A stretch of 64,000 nucleotides of DNA from the human T2T-CHM13v2.0 reference genome, Homo sapiens (GCF_009914755.1 NC_060943.1), one strand, 5' to 3'. Counted from the stretch's first letter, positions 24,198 to 45,879 are shown. A program made the numbers and translations. Notes: generated by a model from the letters alone, not told the origin.

Positions 24198-24369
24198 AGT
24201 GTGGCTTGCAGCCTGCCTGGAGGATGGCCGGCAGGATCGTGGGCGGCATGGAAGCATCCCCGGGGGAGTTTCCGTGGCAAGCCAGCCTTCGAGAGAACAA
24301 GGAGCACTTCTGTGGGGCCGCCATCATCAACGCCAGGTGGCTGGTGTCTGCTGCTCACTGCTTCAATGA
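24198..24369 (+). CDS. TMPRSS9: Serase-1 exon a (activation site, His)
   Basis: [16 protein letters not shown]...SAAHCFN; 172 nt. Confidence 0.97.
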
Positions 24370-24476
24370 GTAAGCCCCCATCCCAAAGCACCAAACCCGA
24401 ACCCTCTGTATTTCTCCTGCCTTCCCTCGTGCACTGGGGACGTCACTTCTGGTTTCCTTAGAGCCCCTGGAAGTAA

Positions 24477-24725
<249 letters not shown>

Positions 24726-24751
24726 TAGCCAGGATGGTCTCAATCTCCTGA

Positions 24752-25047
<296 letters not shown>

Positions 25048-25081
25048 TAGTCAGGATGGTCTCGATCTCCTGACCTCGTGA

Positions 25082-25333
<252 letters not shown>

Positions 25334-25621
25334 TAATTAGTAGAGATGGGTTTTCGCCATGTTGGCCAGGCTGGTCTCGAACTCCTGTCCTCAGGTGATC
25401 CGCCCACCTCAGCCTCCCAAAGTGCTGGGATTACAGGCGTGAGCCACCGTGCCTGGCCCACTTGCTGTTCTTTTGAGAGTAGCCATGCCAGTGGGTGTGA
25501 AGTAGCATCTCCCTGTGGTTTTGACTTGGATTTCTCGGTGACCAATGACATTTTGTTGATGTTTTGCTCATTGTGGACATTTTTTGCATTCACTTTGATT
25601 TTTTAAAATATTCTGTCGTGA

Positions 25622-25945
<324 letters not shown>

Positions 25946-26008
25946 TGAGATTTTTGGCAACTCTTTAAATTTTGTGCCCAAGGCTCATGGCTGGCTCCCC
26001 TCACCCTA

Positions 26009-26523
<515 letters not shown>

Positions 26524-27189
26524 TCATGACAGCCTCAACCTCCCAGGCTCAGGCAATCCTCCTACCTCAGCCTCCTGAGGAGCTGAAACCACAGGTGCAC
26601 ATCGCCACACCCCGCTAATATATATATATTTTTTCTGAGACAGAGTCTTGCTCTGTCGCCCAGGCTGGAGTGCAGTGGCACAATATCAGCTCACTGCAAC
26701 CTCCACCTCCCGGGTTCAAGCAATTCTCTGCCTCAGCCTCCTGAGTGGCTGGGATTACAGGCGCCCATCACTATGCCCGGCTAATTTTTGTATTTTTAGT
26801 AGAGATGGGGTTTCACCATCTTGGCCAGGCTGGTCTTGAATTCCTGCCTTCGTGATCCTCCCGCCTCAGCCTCCCAAAGTGCTGGGATTACAGGCATGAG
26901 CCACCGCACCTGGCCTGTTTTTTGTTGTTGTTTTTAAAGACTGTGTTTCGCTATGTTGCCCAGGCTCGTCTTGAACTCCTGGGCTCAGGTGATCCTCCCG
27001 CTTCAGCCTCCAAAAGTGTGGGATTACAGGCATGAGCCACTGTGTCTGGCCTGATTTTTATAAATACTATTCATAAATATTAATGTGGGGGGATACCCCT
27101 TACATTTTGCACCCAAGGCGAGTGTCCCGTCTGCCTCCCCCGACGGCTCTGACCCTCGGTGGCTTCTGAGCTGGGGTTTGCTCCTGCAG

Positions 27190-27464
27190 GTTCCAAGACC
27201 CGACGAAGTGGGTGGCCTACGTGGGTGCGACCTACCTCAGCGGCTCGGAGGCCAGCACCGTGCGGGCCCAGGTGGTCCAGATCGTCAAGCACCCCCTGTA
27301 CAACGCGGACACGGCCGACTTTGACGTGGCTGTGCTGGAGCTGACCAGCCCTCTGCCTTTCGGCCGGCACATCCAGCCCGTGTGCCTCCCGGCTGCCACA
27401 CACATCTTCCCACCCAGCAAGAAGTGCCTGATCTCAGGCTGGGGCTACCTCAAGGAGGACTTCC
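27190..27464 (+). CDS. TMPRSS9: Serase-1 exon b (Asp)
   Basis: FQDPTKW...DFDVAVLEL...PVCLP...SGWG. Confidence 0.97.
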
Positions 27465-27591
27465 GTAAGCATCTTCCTCGGCCTGCAAGTGAGCTCAGGC
27501 AGGCAGGCGGGCAAATAACGCAGAAAAGGGCCAGGTGAGGTGGCTCACGCCTGTCATCCCAGCACTTTGGGAGGCCGAGGCGGGTGGATCA

Positions 27592-27918
<327 letters not shown>

Positions 27919-29094
27919 TCACGAATTCCACTGCTTGCTAAGATATATTTATAACCCATCATCGATGCTACTGCGATTTTTTTTTTTTTTTTTTGAGATG
28001 GAGTTTTGCTCTTGTTGCCCAGGCTGGAGTGCAGTGGTGCGATCTCTGCTCACTGCAGCCTCCGCCTCCGGGTTCAAGCGATTCTCTTGCCTCAGCCTCT
28101 GAGTAGCTGGGACTATAGGCATGCACCACCACACCCGGCAACTTTATTTTTGTATTTTTTAGTAGAGACAAAGTTTCACCGTGTTGGCCGGGCTGGTCTT
28201 GATCTCCTGACCTCGTGATCTTCCTGCCTCAGCTTCCCAAAGTGTTGGGATTACAGGTGTGAGCCACCTCACCCGGCCAAAAAAATTGATCTTAATGTAC
28301 TAAAATGCACATCTAAATAGTCACCTGTGGCCAGTGGCTACTATATTGGGTGGTGTAGTTCCAGGGGGTTGTCAATCAGCCACAAGATGACTGACAGAGG
28401 GAAATGAATCCAGTGGAGAAAAATAAGGTGGGGGTGGCAGCTGCAGCTTTAAATAGGGAGGTCAGGAGATGCCTCCTGGAGAGAGGAGATGAAGGAGCAA
28501 GTCAGGCAAATTCTGCAGGGACAAGCATTTCAGACAGCGGGAACAGCATGTGCAAAGGCCCTGGGGTGGGAGGACAGCAGGGCAGGGGTTGATGTGACTG
28601 ATTTAATATTTAGCAAGGGTGGTGCTGGCTGCCGGGTTGGGAATGGATTTCAGTGGGGTGGGACCAGAGTAAGAGAAGTGAGTGGGGAACAGCTATAATG
28701 ACCCGGGCAAGGATGGGCGTGAGACAGGGGCTGATTCTGTGTATATTTGGGGGCTGACCTGAGGCCAACTTGGAATTTGAGGACTGTGGACCTGGAATGA
28801 GGGGCCTGAGATCCCTGAGATGGGGAATGCTGAGGGGTGGAGCTTGCGGAAGGGAGATGAGGACCTCGGGCTGGGGGTGTTAAGTCTGATGCCTCTTCCT
28901 TGTCCAGGCAGAGAGTGTTACCAGGTGGGGTGTTTACCTTTTGTAGTTTCAGAGCCATGTGTTGTAGGTGGCCATGCTTGGAGCTGGGGAAACTGAGGGA
29001 GGCTTGGAGAGGAGCTGTCCTTCAGCCTCCCAGCTCAAAGTGGCTGCCAGGGCTCCGGCACTCTCACCCTGCTTTTCTCTCCCCATTCGGCCAG

Positions 29095-29231
29095 TGGTCA
29101 AGCCAGAGGTGCTGCAGAAAGCCACTGTGGAGCTGCTGGACCAGGCACTGTGTGCCAGCTTGTACGGCCATTCACTCACTGACAGGATGGTGTGCGCTGG
29201 CTACCTGGACGGGAAGGTGGACTCCTGCCAG
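29095..29231 (+). CDS. TMPRSS9: Serase-1 exon c
   Basis: VKPEVLQKA...[15 protein letters not shown]; 137 nt. Confidence 0.96.
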
Positions 29232-29411
29232 GTGAGCCCCCGATGCCCCAGACCCCAGAAAAACACAGAAATAGACACGAGCATGTTCAAATGCTGAGCA
29301 ATTCACAGATATCTGGATGCCCGCTGTGAGCCCCCAACGCCCCAGACCCCAGAAAAACACAGACACGAGCGTGTTCAAATGCTGGGCGATTCACAGATAT
29401 CTGGATGCCCG
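29232..29411 (+). repeat. Tandem duplication (~94 + 86 bp) starting at a splice donor
   Basis: gtgagccccc..ccccagaccccagaaaaacacaga..ttcacagatatctggatgcccg twice (29232, 29326). Confidence 0.9.
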
Positions 29412-29481
29412 TTCTTGAGGAATTTTAAAGCAGTTGGGATTGAGAGGCAGGTGCTGCTTAGAGGATCTTCCAGAAGCTCTA

Positions 29482-30418
<937 letters not shown>

Positions 30419-30940
30419 TAAGACACTGTCTCGCTCTGTCACCCAGGCTGGAGTGCAGTGGCACCATCTTGGCTCACCTCCCAGTTTCAAGTGGTTCTCA
30501 TGCCTCAGCCTCCCGAGTAGCTGGAATAACAGGTGCCCACCACCACGCCTGGATAATTTTTATACTTTTAGTAAAGACAGGGTTTCGCCATGTTGGCCAG
30601 GCTGGTCTCGAAATCCTGGCTTCAGGTGATCTGCCCACCTTGTCCTCCCAAAGTGCTAGGATTACAGGTGTGAGCCACCAGGCCCGGCCGACAATTATAA
30701 TTTTTGTTTTCAAGGTGTCTCATTCTTTCTTCTTTCAGCCACCTGGTCTTGTTTGCAGTGTCCTGTTCTTGTTTCGTGGATACCATTTCTTTCTTTTTCT
30801 CTGAGGATCGTAATTTAATCCGTTATGTTTCTTCTATATTCTATATTTGTGGTTAACTGTATTTCAGGCAAACGTAAGTTATTCTGTTGTAACTGAGTGT
30901 CTTTATTTCATGGAGATTGGAATCCCTCAACTGGTGCTTA

Positions 30941-31270
<330 letters not shown>

Positions 31271-31830
31271 TCAATTCTTGCCGTGATCTTATATTTGCTA
31301 TTCACTTTCTCTTGGCGAGGGACATTAACAGTTTGTGTTCTTGGATTCTATGTACCCTTTCAAGGGACCAAAGACCTCCTGGTCTCATTTATCCTTTGTG
31401 GTTGCCCAAATCCCTTTTCTACCCCAACCAACCCAGGTCCTCTTGAGAAAGCTTTCTCTTGTGTCTTGAGCTTCTGCACATGGGCTGGGCTGCCACTTCC
31501 TCTGTCAGCCTCTCGTGAGTCTTCATGGTTTCTGGTCCACAACCAGGGATCTCTCCTGCCTAATTTTTTTAGCATGGCTGTGGATTCCTGTCTTTCTTGT
31601 GCATACCTTTGCTCTTGTTTCTAAGGCCTGGTGGGTGAGGAAAAGATGGGAGAGACTGCTACATGTGCTTAGATTGCCATATTGAAACCAGAATCTGGAG
31701 AAAATGCTAGGAACTAATGAGAGGGCTCATGTTTAAGAATGTAAGAGTCGGCCAGGCACGGTGGCTCACGCCTGTCATCCCAGCACTTTGGGAGGCTGAG
31801 GTGGGCAGATCACTTAAGGTCAGGAGTTCA

Positions 31831-32209
<379 letters not shown>

Positions 32210-32537
32210 CTAAGCAAGTGGTGACATTATCAAAGATCTACTGAGTTAAGAAGAGGAGGGGATGTTATTTATTTGGGTCACGTTTTGGCCTGCCAGAGGT
32301 AGGACTGAAAGACATCTTAGAGATCCTATAGTCCAACTGTCTTGGGTTTTGTTTTTTTTCCTCCACAGAAGAGGAAACAGGTTCTGAGATGTCAATGATC
32401 AGCCCCAGGTGCTCTGTGAGCTTGTGTGGAGAGAGGTCCTGGCTGTCCCAGCTCAGAGCTCCTTCTTGGGCCTCGTAGCACTGGTGTCTGGACTGGCTGC
32501 TGCCGACCCATCCTGAGGGTGTGTGTTGGTTTCCTAG

Positions 32538-32876
<339 letters not shown>

Positions 32877-32904
32877 TAGAAGATGATGTACGTGCCTATC
32901 TTGA

Positions 32905-33201
<297 letters not shown>

Positions 33202-33909
33202 TGAACAGCCGGGATTACAGGCACAGGCCACCACACCCGGCTAATTTTTGTATTTTTAGTAGAGACGGGGTTTCCCCATGTTGGTCAGGCTGGCCTCGAA
33301 CTCCTGACTTCATCATCTGCCCACCTCAGCCTCCCAAAATGCTGGGATGACAGGTGTGAGCCACCATGCCCGGTCTGGAATACTTTCTATTGTATTTTCA
33401 AATAGTTTGTACCCAGACAACTTGTAGGACTGGCAGGGTGCGGTGGCTCGTGCCTGTCATCGCACACTTTGGGAGGCAGAGGTGGGCAGATCGCTTGAGG
33501 TCAGGAGTTCAAGACCAGCCTGGCCAACATGGCAAAACCCCATCTATACTAAAAATTAGCTGGGCATGGTGGAGGGCACCTGTAATCCCAGCTACTTGGG
33601 AGGCTGAGGCAGGAGAATCGCTTGAACCCAGGAAGCGGAGGTTGCAGTGAGCTGATACGGTGACATGGTGCCACTGCACTCCAGCCCGGGCAACAAGAGC
33701 ACAACTCCATCTCGAAAAAGAAAAAAGAAAACTTGTAGGACTATATCTCTGTTTCCAAAAACTGTTAGTTGCATTCCTATTTTTTTTTTTTTTTTTTTCT
33801 GAGACGGAGTTTCACTCTTGTCGCCCAGGCTGGAGTGCAGTGGTGTGATCTCGGCTCACTGCAACCTCCACCTCCCGGTTCAAGTGATTCTCCTGCCTCA
33901 GCCTCCTGA

Positions 33910-34131
<222 letters not shown>

Positions 34132-34507
34132 TAACAATCGTACCCTTCCTTTTCTCAGCCGCCCCATGGGTCTCCTGGAGTGCAGCCCCGTCTTTGCAAG
34201 GAGGCCATAAACCTGGCTTTGTGGGCTGCGGGTCTGTGGTGGGGTCTGTTGCGGGGGGTCCTCGGGCTGACTGGGCCGCTGTATGTTTCTTTCTTAACTT
34301 CTGTCCCCGAAGCGAGGCCACGAACTTGCTGCAGGACCTTGGGCAAACTACGGACACCTTGAAGCCTCCACGGCTTCTTGTGTGGAACGGGAGGGATTGC
34401 GGCATCTTCAGGGCCTGGCTGCAACCGGTGTCCTGGGACCACCCCACCGGATGCTCCCACCCGAGCAGGCCAAGATCCCCAGACCTGGTCTTGTGTCCTC
34501 CTTCCAG

Positions 34508-34679
34508 AATGTGGGGCCAGGCCTGCAATGGAGAAGCCCACCCGGGTCGTGGGCGGGTTCGGAGCTGCCTCCGGGGAGGTGCCCTGGCAGGTCAGCCTGA
34601 AGGAAGGGTCCCGGCACTTCTGCGGAGCAACTGTGGTGGGGGACCGCTGGCTGCTGTCTGCCGCCCACTGCTTCAACCA
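34508..34679 (+). CDS. TMPRSS9: Serase-2 exon a
   Basis: [16 protein letters not shown]...SAAHCFN; 172 nt. Confidence 0.97.
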
Positions 34680-35375
34680 GTAAGGCCCGCCTCCTCCAGG
34701 AAGGCTGCCCGGCTTCCCCTCCTCACCAGCCCCTCCCTGTCAGAAACCATCCTGCTGGGGCTGCTGCATGGACCCCACTGGGGAGCAGCCCTTCCTCTCC
34801 TGAGGGCAGCTGAGAGACAGGAGGGAGCCGGTGCCAAGGCTTCTAAGGACAAACAGGGCCTAACCAGGGGAGGGGGAGGAGGGTTCCTTCCCCATTGCTT
34901 GCTACCCAGGCAGCGTTTATCTTGGAGATTCCCAGGCATGGTGGCCCGCATCTGTGGTCCCAGCTACTCAGGAGCGTGAGGCAGGAGAATTGCTTGAGCC
35001 CAGGAGGTCGAGGCTGCAGTGAGCCTGATGGTGCCACTGCACTCCATCTGGGGCAACAGAGCGAGACCCTGTCTCAACAAAAAAGAGACTCATAAAGCTG
35101 TAGGGGGTTGGGGGGGGGCATTGGCACAGGTGTAGAAAATGAAGCCTGAGGGTCCCCTGACTTGTCCGAGGTCCCCCAGCTTGGGATCCTTTTCAGGAGG
35201 AGCCCAGCAGCCCCTCTTTCCCTGGTCCTCCTCCCTGGAGCCGAAGGTCAGAGGATGGTCCTGGGGCCCAGGCAGCCCTGTGTGGCTTCCTGGGGGTGTG
35301 CATCAGCCCTGTCCCTCCCCAAGAAGGCGGGCATGTGCTGGAGGGCAGGCATGTCTGAGGGCCCTGTCTCCATAG

Positions 35376-35647
35376 CACGAAGGTGGAGCAGGTTCGGGCC
35401 CACCTGGGCACTGCGTCCCTCCTGGGCCTGGGCGGGAGCCCGGTGAAGATCGGGCTGCGGCGGGTAGTGCTGCACCCCCTCTACAACCCTGGCATCCTGG
35501 ACTTCGACCTGGCTGTCCTGGAGCTGGCCAGCCCCCTGGCCTTCAACAAATACATCCAGCCTGTCTGCCTGCCCCTGGCCATCCAGAAGTTCCCTGTGGG
35601 CCGGAAGTGCATGATCTCCGGATGGGGAAATACGCAGGAAGGAAATG
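35376..35647 (+). CDS. TMPRSS9: Serase-2 exon b
   Basis: [11 protein letters not shown]...DFDLAVLEL...[10 protein letters not shown]. Confidence 0.96.
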
Positions 35648-35987
35648 GTGAGCGCTGCCCCATCGAGGGGAACGGTGGATTTATTCTCCAGGGCCTGGCC
35701 TGGGGAGGGTCAGGATGGGCATCTCTTACCTGGACCCTAAACCAATTCCACTGCACAGGGACCTCTGTGGCTGATCCCTTTGTCTTTGGTCCCGCTGCCC
35801 ACACACCTCTCACTTCCCCATTCCATCTGGGGGCAAAATCTGGCTGTTGCCTGTTTGTATAAACAAAGTTTTATTGGAACAGGGGCCATGTTCACACATC
35901 AACAGATTGTCTATGGCTGCTTTCCTGCAATAGCAGCAGAGTTAAATACTTGTGACAGAGACTGGCCCTTAAAGCTGAAAATATTTA

Positions 35988-36336
<349 letters not shown>

Positions 36337-36379
36337 TTAGCCGAGTATGGTGGCACATGCCTGTAGTCCCAGCTACTTA

Positions 36380-36526
<147 letters not shown>

Positions 36527-36839
36527 CTAGTCTATCCCGAGACCCCTCCCACTCCAACAGTTAATGCTTCCCTTGACCTCAGAATGGCCTCCTACACCTT
36601 ACCCAGGTGCTAGGGCGGCAGCCCCATGGGGACAGTGGGGAGACTCTTGCGCTCTGAGCGGGCCATCAGGCCCACCTCCTCCTCACTCTGTGGCTTTGTG
36701 AGATTCCTGCAACTCTGTGAGCCCTGGTTTCTTCGTCTGTGGGGTGGGGATGCTGCATCTCGGGGCTGTTATCGGAGCGGAACTGGAGCTGCTCTGATGA
36801 TCACTGTGCACGTGGCCTTTCTGGCTCTTTCCCTGGTAG

Positions 36840-36976
36840 CCACCAAGCCCGAGCTCCTGCAGAAGGCGTCCGTGGGCATCATAGACCAGAAAACCTGTAG
36901 TGTGCTCTACAACTTCTCCCTCACAGACCGCATGATCTGCGCAGGCTTCCTGGAAGGCAAAGTCGACTCCTGCCAG
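36840..36976 (+). CDS. TMPRSS9: Serase-2 exon c
   Basis: TKPELLQKA...[14 protein letters not shown]; 137 nt. Confidence 0.96.
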
Positions 36977-37062
36977 GTAAGCATTCAAAGGGGGAAAGCG
37001 GGCAATATTTCCATGAAATGCCCACAGCCGTTCACCCAGCAGTTCTTTGTGTGCAGACCTAG

Positions 37063-39608
<2,546 letters not shown>

Positions 39609-40776
39609 TAGCCACCATGCCCAGATTTCTGAAGGGCTCAACCGTGCACACACAGACAGGTTAATTTTCAGGCTGGGTGCAGTGCCTCATGCCTGTAATT
39701 CCAGTGCTTCAGGAGGCTGAGGTAGGATCAGTCGAGGCCAGGATTGCAAGACCAGTCTGGACAACATAGTGAGACCCCGTCTCTACAAAAATTTAAAAAA
39801 AAAATTTGTCAGGCAGAGTGGCAGGTGCCTGTGGTCCCAGCTCCTTGGGCAGCTGAACTGGGAGGATCTCTTGAGGCCAGGTGTCTAGGCTGCAGTAAAC
39901 TGTGATCACACAGCTGCACTCCATCCTGGGCGACACAGCAAGACCCTATCTCAAAAAACGAAGGGCGGGTGCAGTGGCATGCATTTTGGGAGGCCGAGGC
40001 AGGCAGATCACCTGAGGTAGGCAGTTCAAGACTGGCCTGGCCAACATGGCGAAACCCTGTCTCTACTAAAAAACTACAAGAATTTAGCCAGGCATGGTGG
40101 CGGGTGCTGGTAATTCTAGCTACTCCGGAGGCTGAGGCAGGAGAATTGCTTGAGCCCAGGAGGCGGAGGTCACAGTGAGCCGAGATCATGTCACTGCACT
40201 CCAGCCCGGGCAACAGAGTGAGACTCCACCTCAAAAAAAAAAAAAAAAAAATGGCATCAGATTTCAATAGTAACTCTCAAAGTTAGATGCCATTATTACT
40301 AATCAATACAAAATATCAATGACAGTGTAAATGCCCATTCACACACAGTAGTTAAAAGGAAGGTGGTAAATAACCTGCAATGGGAACCTACCCAGCCCAA
40401 GTTCTTCAATCAGACTTCTGAGTTCAAATCCTGCTTCAACTACTGTGTGACCCCAGGCAAGTGCCTTAACCTCTCTGGGACTCTGATCCCCATATGTAAA
40501 GTGGGAAGCATAGCAATGCCTGTCTTCTAGGAGTGTTGTGAGATCGGTGTCTTGCATAGTCTTTTCTTCCTATATATTCATTATATTTGTTCTTTATATC
40601 TGACAATAAAAATAGAATAATAGGTATTTATAGTATCTATTATTATACTATTTATTCTCTATATAAATGGGCGATTCACAATAGTTAGCTTTTTATCTTG
40701 AAAAGAATGTTGAGGCCAGGCCAGGTGGCTCACATCTGTAATCCCAGCACTTTAGGAGGCCAAGGCGGGTGGATCA

Positions 40777-41641
<865 letters not shown>

Positions 41642-41644
41642 TAG

Positions 41645-42038
41645 GGTGACTCTGGGGGCCCCCTGGCCTGCGAGGAGGCCCCTGGCGTGTTTTATCTGGC
41701 AGGGATCGTGAGCTGGGGTATTGGCTGCGCTCAGGTTAAGAAGCCGGGCGTGTACACGCGCATCACCAGGCTAAAGGGCTGGATCCTGGAGATCATGTCC
41801 TCCCAGCCCCTTCCCATGTCTCCCCCCTCGACCACAAGGATGCTGGCCACCACCAGCCCCAGGACGACAGCTGGCCTCACAGTCCCGGGGGCCACACCCA
41901 GCAGACCCACCCCTGGGGCTGCCAGCAGGGTGACGGGCCAACCTGCCAACTCAACCTTATCTGCCGTGAGCACCACTGCTAGGGGACAGACGCCATTTCC
42001 AGACGCCCCGGAGGCCACCACACACACCCAGCTACCAG
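41645..42038 (+). CDS. TMPRSS9: Serase-2 exon d plus Thr/Pro-rich linker
   Basis: GDSGGPLAC...PGVYTRI...THTQLP; donor GTACCG. Confidence 0.96.
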
Positions 42039-42366
42039 GTACCGGGAGAGACGGAGGGATCCCTGGGAGTGGAGGGTCCCATGTTAATCAGCCTGGGCTG
42101 CCTAACAAGACATAACGTCGTCCACTTTGGGAGGCCGAGGCGGGCGGATCAAGAGGTCAGGAGATCGAGACCATCCTGGCGAACACGGTGAAACCTTGTC
42201 TCTACTAAAAAAATACAAAAAATTAGCCAGGCGTGGTGGTGGGCGCCTGTAGTCCCAACTACGCGGGAGGCTAAGGCAGGAGAATGGCATGAAGCCGGGA
42301 GGCGGAGCTTGCAGTGAGCTGCATGCCACTGCACTCCAGCCTGGCAACAAGCGAAACTCCGTCTCA

Positions 42367-42840
<474 letters not shown>

Positions 42841-43879
42841 CTAAAAAAATTAAAAAAAAAAAAAAAAATGAAAGCAGGGACTTTGATGGTTCACAGCTGT
42901 GCCATGTCCTTGGGTGCGTGTTTCTTGCTAACTTGGCAGCTGCCCTCATGTAGGTCTGTCCCTGCAGCCTGGGGGCTCTCACTTTCTCAGTCTCAGCTGA
43001 TTTTGACTTTTTCAATAGCTATGGCGTGGGATCTCTTTGGGCCCAAAAGAGGTGGAGAAGGCCCCCCTCAAAATACAGGCGGGTTCTGTGTGGAGGTAGC
43101 TGGTGTTCCCAAGGACAGCGGCTGCGGCTGCTGTCAGATTATCCAAGGCCACCTGGTCTTATGTCAGGGCCAGACGGTGCCAAGGCTGGTGGGGAACTGG
43201 CATTTCCCCTTACTGGCCTTGGTAGCTGCTGCGGGTTGGATGGCGGTTGGTGGGGGGTGGGGGGCGGGGGGGACCCAGGGAAGCCAGCTGGGTGGTGATA
43301 GAGGGCGGCGGGGGGGCTTGCCCCTGAGGAGGAAAACACGCCTCTGGAGACAGCAGGTGGGTATGGGACCCCCTCCATGGGTGGTAACAGGGTCCCTGAA
43401 ACCCCCTGGAAACCACCCACGTGTTCTTTCCACAGCTGGGTTCTGAGGAAGGCCTTTGCGCTTGGCACCGTCTGGGGAGGGCTTGGAGGTGATCAGGGAT
43501 CCAGGCAGAGGGCACCAAGGCAGGGCTGGGGCCTCTGGGGCGGGGCCCTGGTGTGTGCAAAGGCCTTGGGGTGGGAGGGAACTCCTGGAAGACGGAGATG
43601 TGGGAGGCTGCCATGAGAGGGGCCTCCGGCAGGGGAAACGTATGGTCCCAAAACTGAAGTCATAGGAAACAAATGCATTTCCAATGTTATTTGAGAAAAG
43701 CCCAAAGACCAAGCAGCAGGCCCAGTGTCCTTTCCTGCTGAGTTTTCCTGGGATAGGTCCCCCATCACAACCTACTCCCTGGGGCTCCCAGGGGGATTCG
43801 TGGAGAGGCGGCGCCCAGGGGGGCCTTCGTGGAGGAGGTGCCCTGGGTCCGCCTGCCCACGCGCCTGGCTCCCCCGCAG

Positions 43880-44048
43880 ACTGTGGCCTGGCGCCGGCCG
43901 CGCTCACCAGGATTGTGGGCGGCAGCGCAGCGGGCCGTGGGGAGTGGCCGTGGCAGGTGAGCCTGTGGCTGCGGCGCCGGGAACACCGTTGCGGGGCCGT
44001 GCTGGTGGCAGAGAGGTGGCTGCTGTCGGCGGCGCACTGCTTCGACGT
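43880..44048 (+). CDS. TMPRSS9: Serase-3 exon a
   Basis: [14 protein letters not shown]...SAAHCFD; 169 nt. Confidence 0.96.
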
Positions 44049-44792
44049 GTGAGTTCCAAACGCTCCAAATGCCCCTACATGTCTCTGTAGCTCACCCGGA
44101 ACCGAACTGTTGCCCGAAAACGCACCCTGACCCCCTCCTTTGCCGGGAGTGCCCTCCCCAACCCCGGCTCCCACTGCCCCAGGCCACTCCTCCCACCCCC
44201 CATCTCCCCATCCTCGCTCCCTGCAGCCCTCCCCTGACCACCCACCCCCTAGCCTGACCACACGGGGCTGGGGCTGCGAAGGCCGAGTCCTACCCCGCGG
44301 TCCCCACCTAACCCGGAAGCTGCGGCCCCCCCCCTCCAGCTCCAGGCTAAGCCCACGGGAACATTGGGGTCACTTCTTTCCCCAGCCCTCGCCCCTGGGA
44401 CTTGGCTCCAGCCCCCCAAAGCCCACCCAGTAGAAAGCTGCCCTCCCCAGGGCCCAAGCCCTGGCAGTCGAGGGGTCCGGTTTTCCAGAGGGGACACCCA
44501 GCTCTGGGCTCTGCAGGGCTGGAGGTCAGAAGGGGAGGGCAGGCGGGGGGCGGGACTCGCACGGCCACTAGACCCCTTTTCAGAGCGCTCATATTAGGTG
44601 GTGACGGCTGCAGTTCCCGGTGCCGCCTCGGTGCCTGATGGGGGAGACTGAGCCCATTCCCAGACCGACAGCCAGAGACCAAGAGGCCAATAACCCTGCC
44701 CAGGGTGCCAGCCGGCCGCTGGGGGACACCACAGGGGCGGGGGCCGGGGGCGTAGGGGCTCGGGCCGACGCCTGTCCTCGCGCGCCCCGCAG

Positions 44793-45058
44793 CTACGGGG
44801 ACCCCAAGCAGTGGGCGGCCTTCCTAGGCACGCCGTTCCTGAGCGGCGCGGAGGGGCAGCTGGAGCGCGTGGCGCGCATCTACAAGCACCCGTTCTACAA
44901 TCTCTACACGCTCGACTACGACGTGGCGCTGCTGGAGCTGGCGGGGCCGGTGCGTCGCAGCCGCCTGGTGCGTCCCATCTGCCTGCCCGAGCCCGCGCCG
45001 CGACCCCCGGACGGCACGCGCTGCGTCATCACCGGCTGGGGCTCGGTGCGCGAAGGAG
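44793..45058 (+). CDS. TMPRSS9: Serase-3 exon b
   Basis: YGDPKQW...DYDVALLEL...TGWGSVREG. Confidence 0.96.
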
Positions 45059-45147
45059 GTAGGCGCGCCCGGGGCCGCGGTGGTGCGGGGCTCGGGGGGC
45101 GGCCGGACGCGGTCCCCACCCGCCCCGTCTCGCTCGCCCGCCCGCAG

Positions 45148-45284
45148 GCTCCATGGCGCGGCAGCTGCAGAAGGCGGCCGTGCGCCTCCTCAGCGAGCAG
45201 ACCTGCCGCCGCTTCTACCCAGTGCAGATCAGCAGCCGCATGCTGTGTGCCGGCTTCCCGCAGGGTGGCGTGGACAGCTGCTCG
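45148..45284 (+). CDS. TMPRSS9: Serase-3 exon c
   Basis: SMARQLQKA...[14 protein letters not shown]; 137 nt. Confidence 0.96.
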
Positions 45285-45452
45285 GTGAGCCCCGCCCCGG
45301 CCCAGGGGACCAGGTCCCGCCCAGCCGCCGGGGAGGGCGGGTTCCCGCTGCCACGAAGCCCACCATCCGGGAGCCACCCTCCGGTGCAGGCTTCTCCAGC
45401 GGATCAAGCAGGGAGCCTTTTTGGCTCTGGAGGAATTTCCACTCCACAGCCG

Positions 45453-45458
45453 TTTATT
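45453..45458 (-). terminator. TIMM13: TIMM13 candidate distal poly(A) signal
   Basis: TTTATT on + strand inside the last TMPRSS9 intron. Confidence 0.55.
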
Positions 45459-45717
45459 GGGCAACCCACCGCATCCCATCCCCGGGCCTCGGCGGCAGAG
45501 CAGGCAGAGGCTGCAGTGGGAGGCACCGTTCCACTCCGGGACCACGTGGCGGGTGTCCATAAATGTCTGCCACCTTTGCATTGAGCCCATTTTCCAGATA
45601 GTGAAAATGCGGCTCCCAGGGGAAGTCACTAGGGTCACTCCTAGAGGGGCCAATGACCCAAGGGCTGCTGTAGGGGAGGTACCGGCCTCTGAACCCCCTT
45701 TCTTCTCTCCCCAACAG

Positions 45718-45879
45718 GGTGACGCTGGGGGACCCCTGGCCTGCAGGGAGCCCTCTGGACGGTGGGTGCTAACTGGGGTCACTAGCTGGGGCTATGGCTG
45801 TGGCCGGCCCCACTTCCCAGGTGTCTATACCCGGGTGGCAGCTGTGAGAGGCTGGATAGGACAGCACATCCAGGAGTGA
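45718..45879 (+). CDS. TMPRSS9: Serase-3 exon d, last coding exon (catalytic Ser replaced by Ala)
   Basis: GDAGGPLAC...WIGQHIQE then TGA. Confidence 0.97.
   Translation, partial: GDAGGPLACREPSGRWVLTGVTSWGYGCGRPHFPGVYTRVAAVRGWIGQHIQE

Larger units (their letters stand above)
43800..45360. promoter_or_regulatory. Intragenic CpG-island-like region over serase-3 exons
   Basis: Visibly high GC and CpG density, no Alus. Confidence 0.7.
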
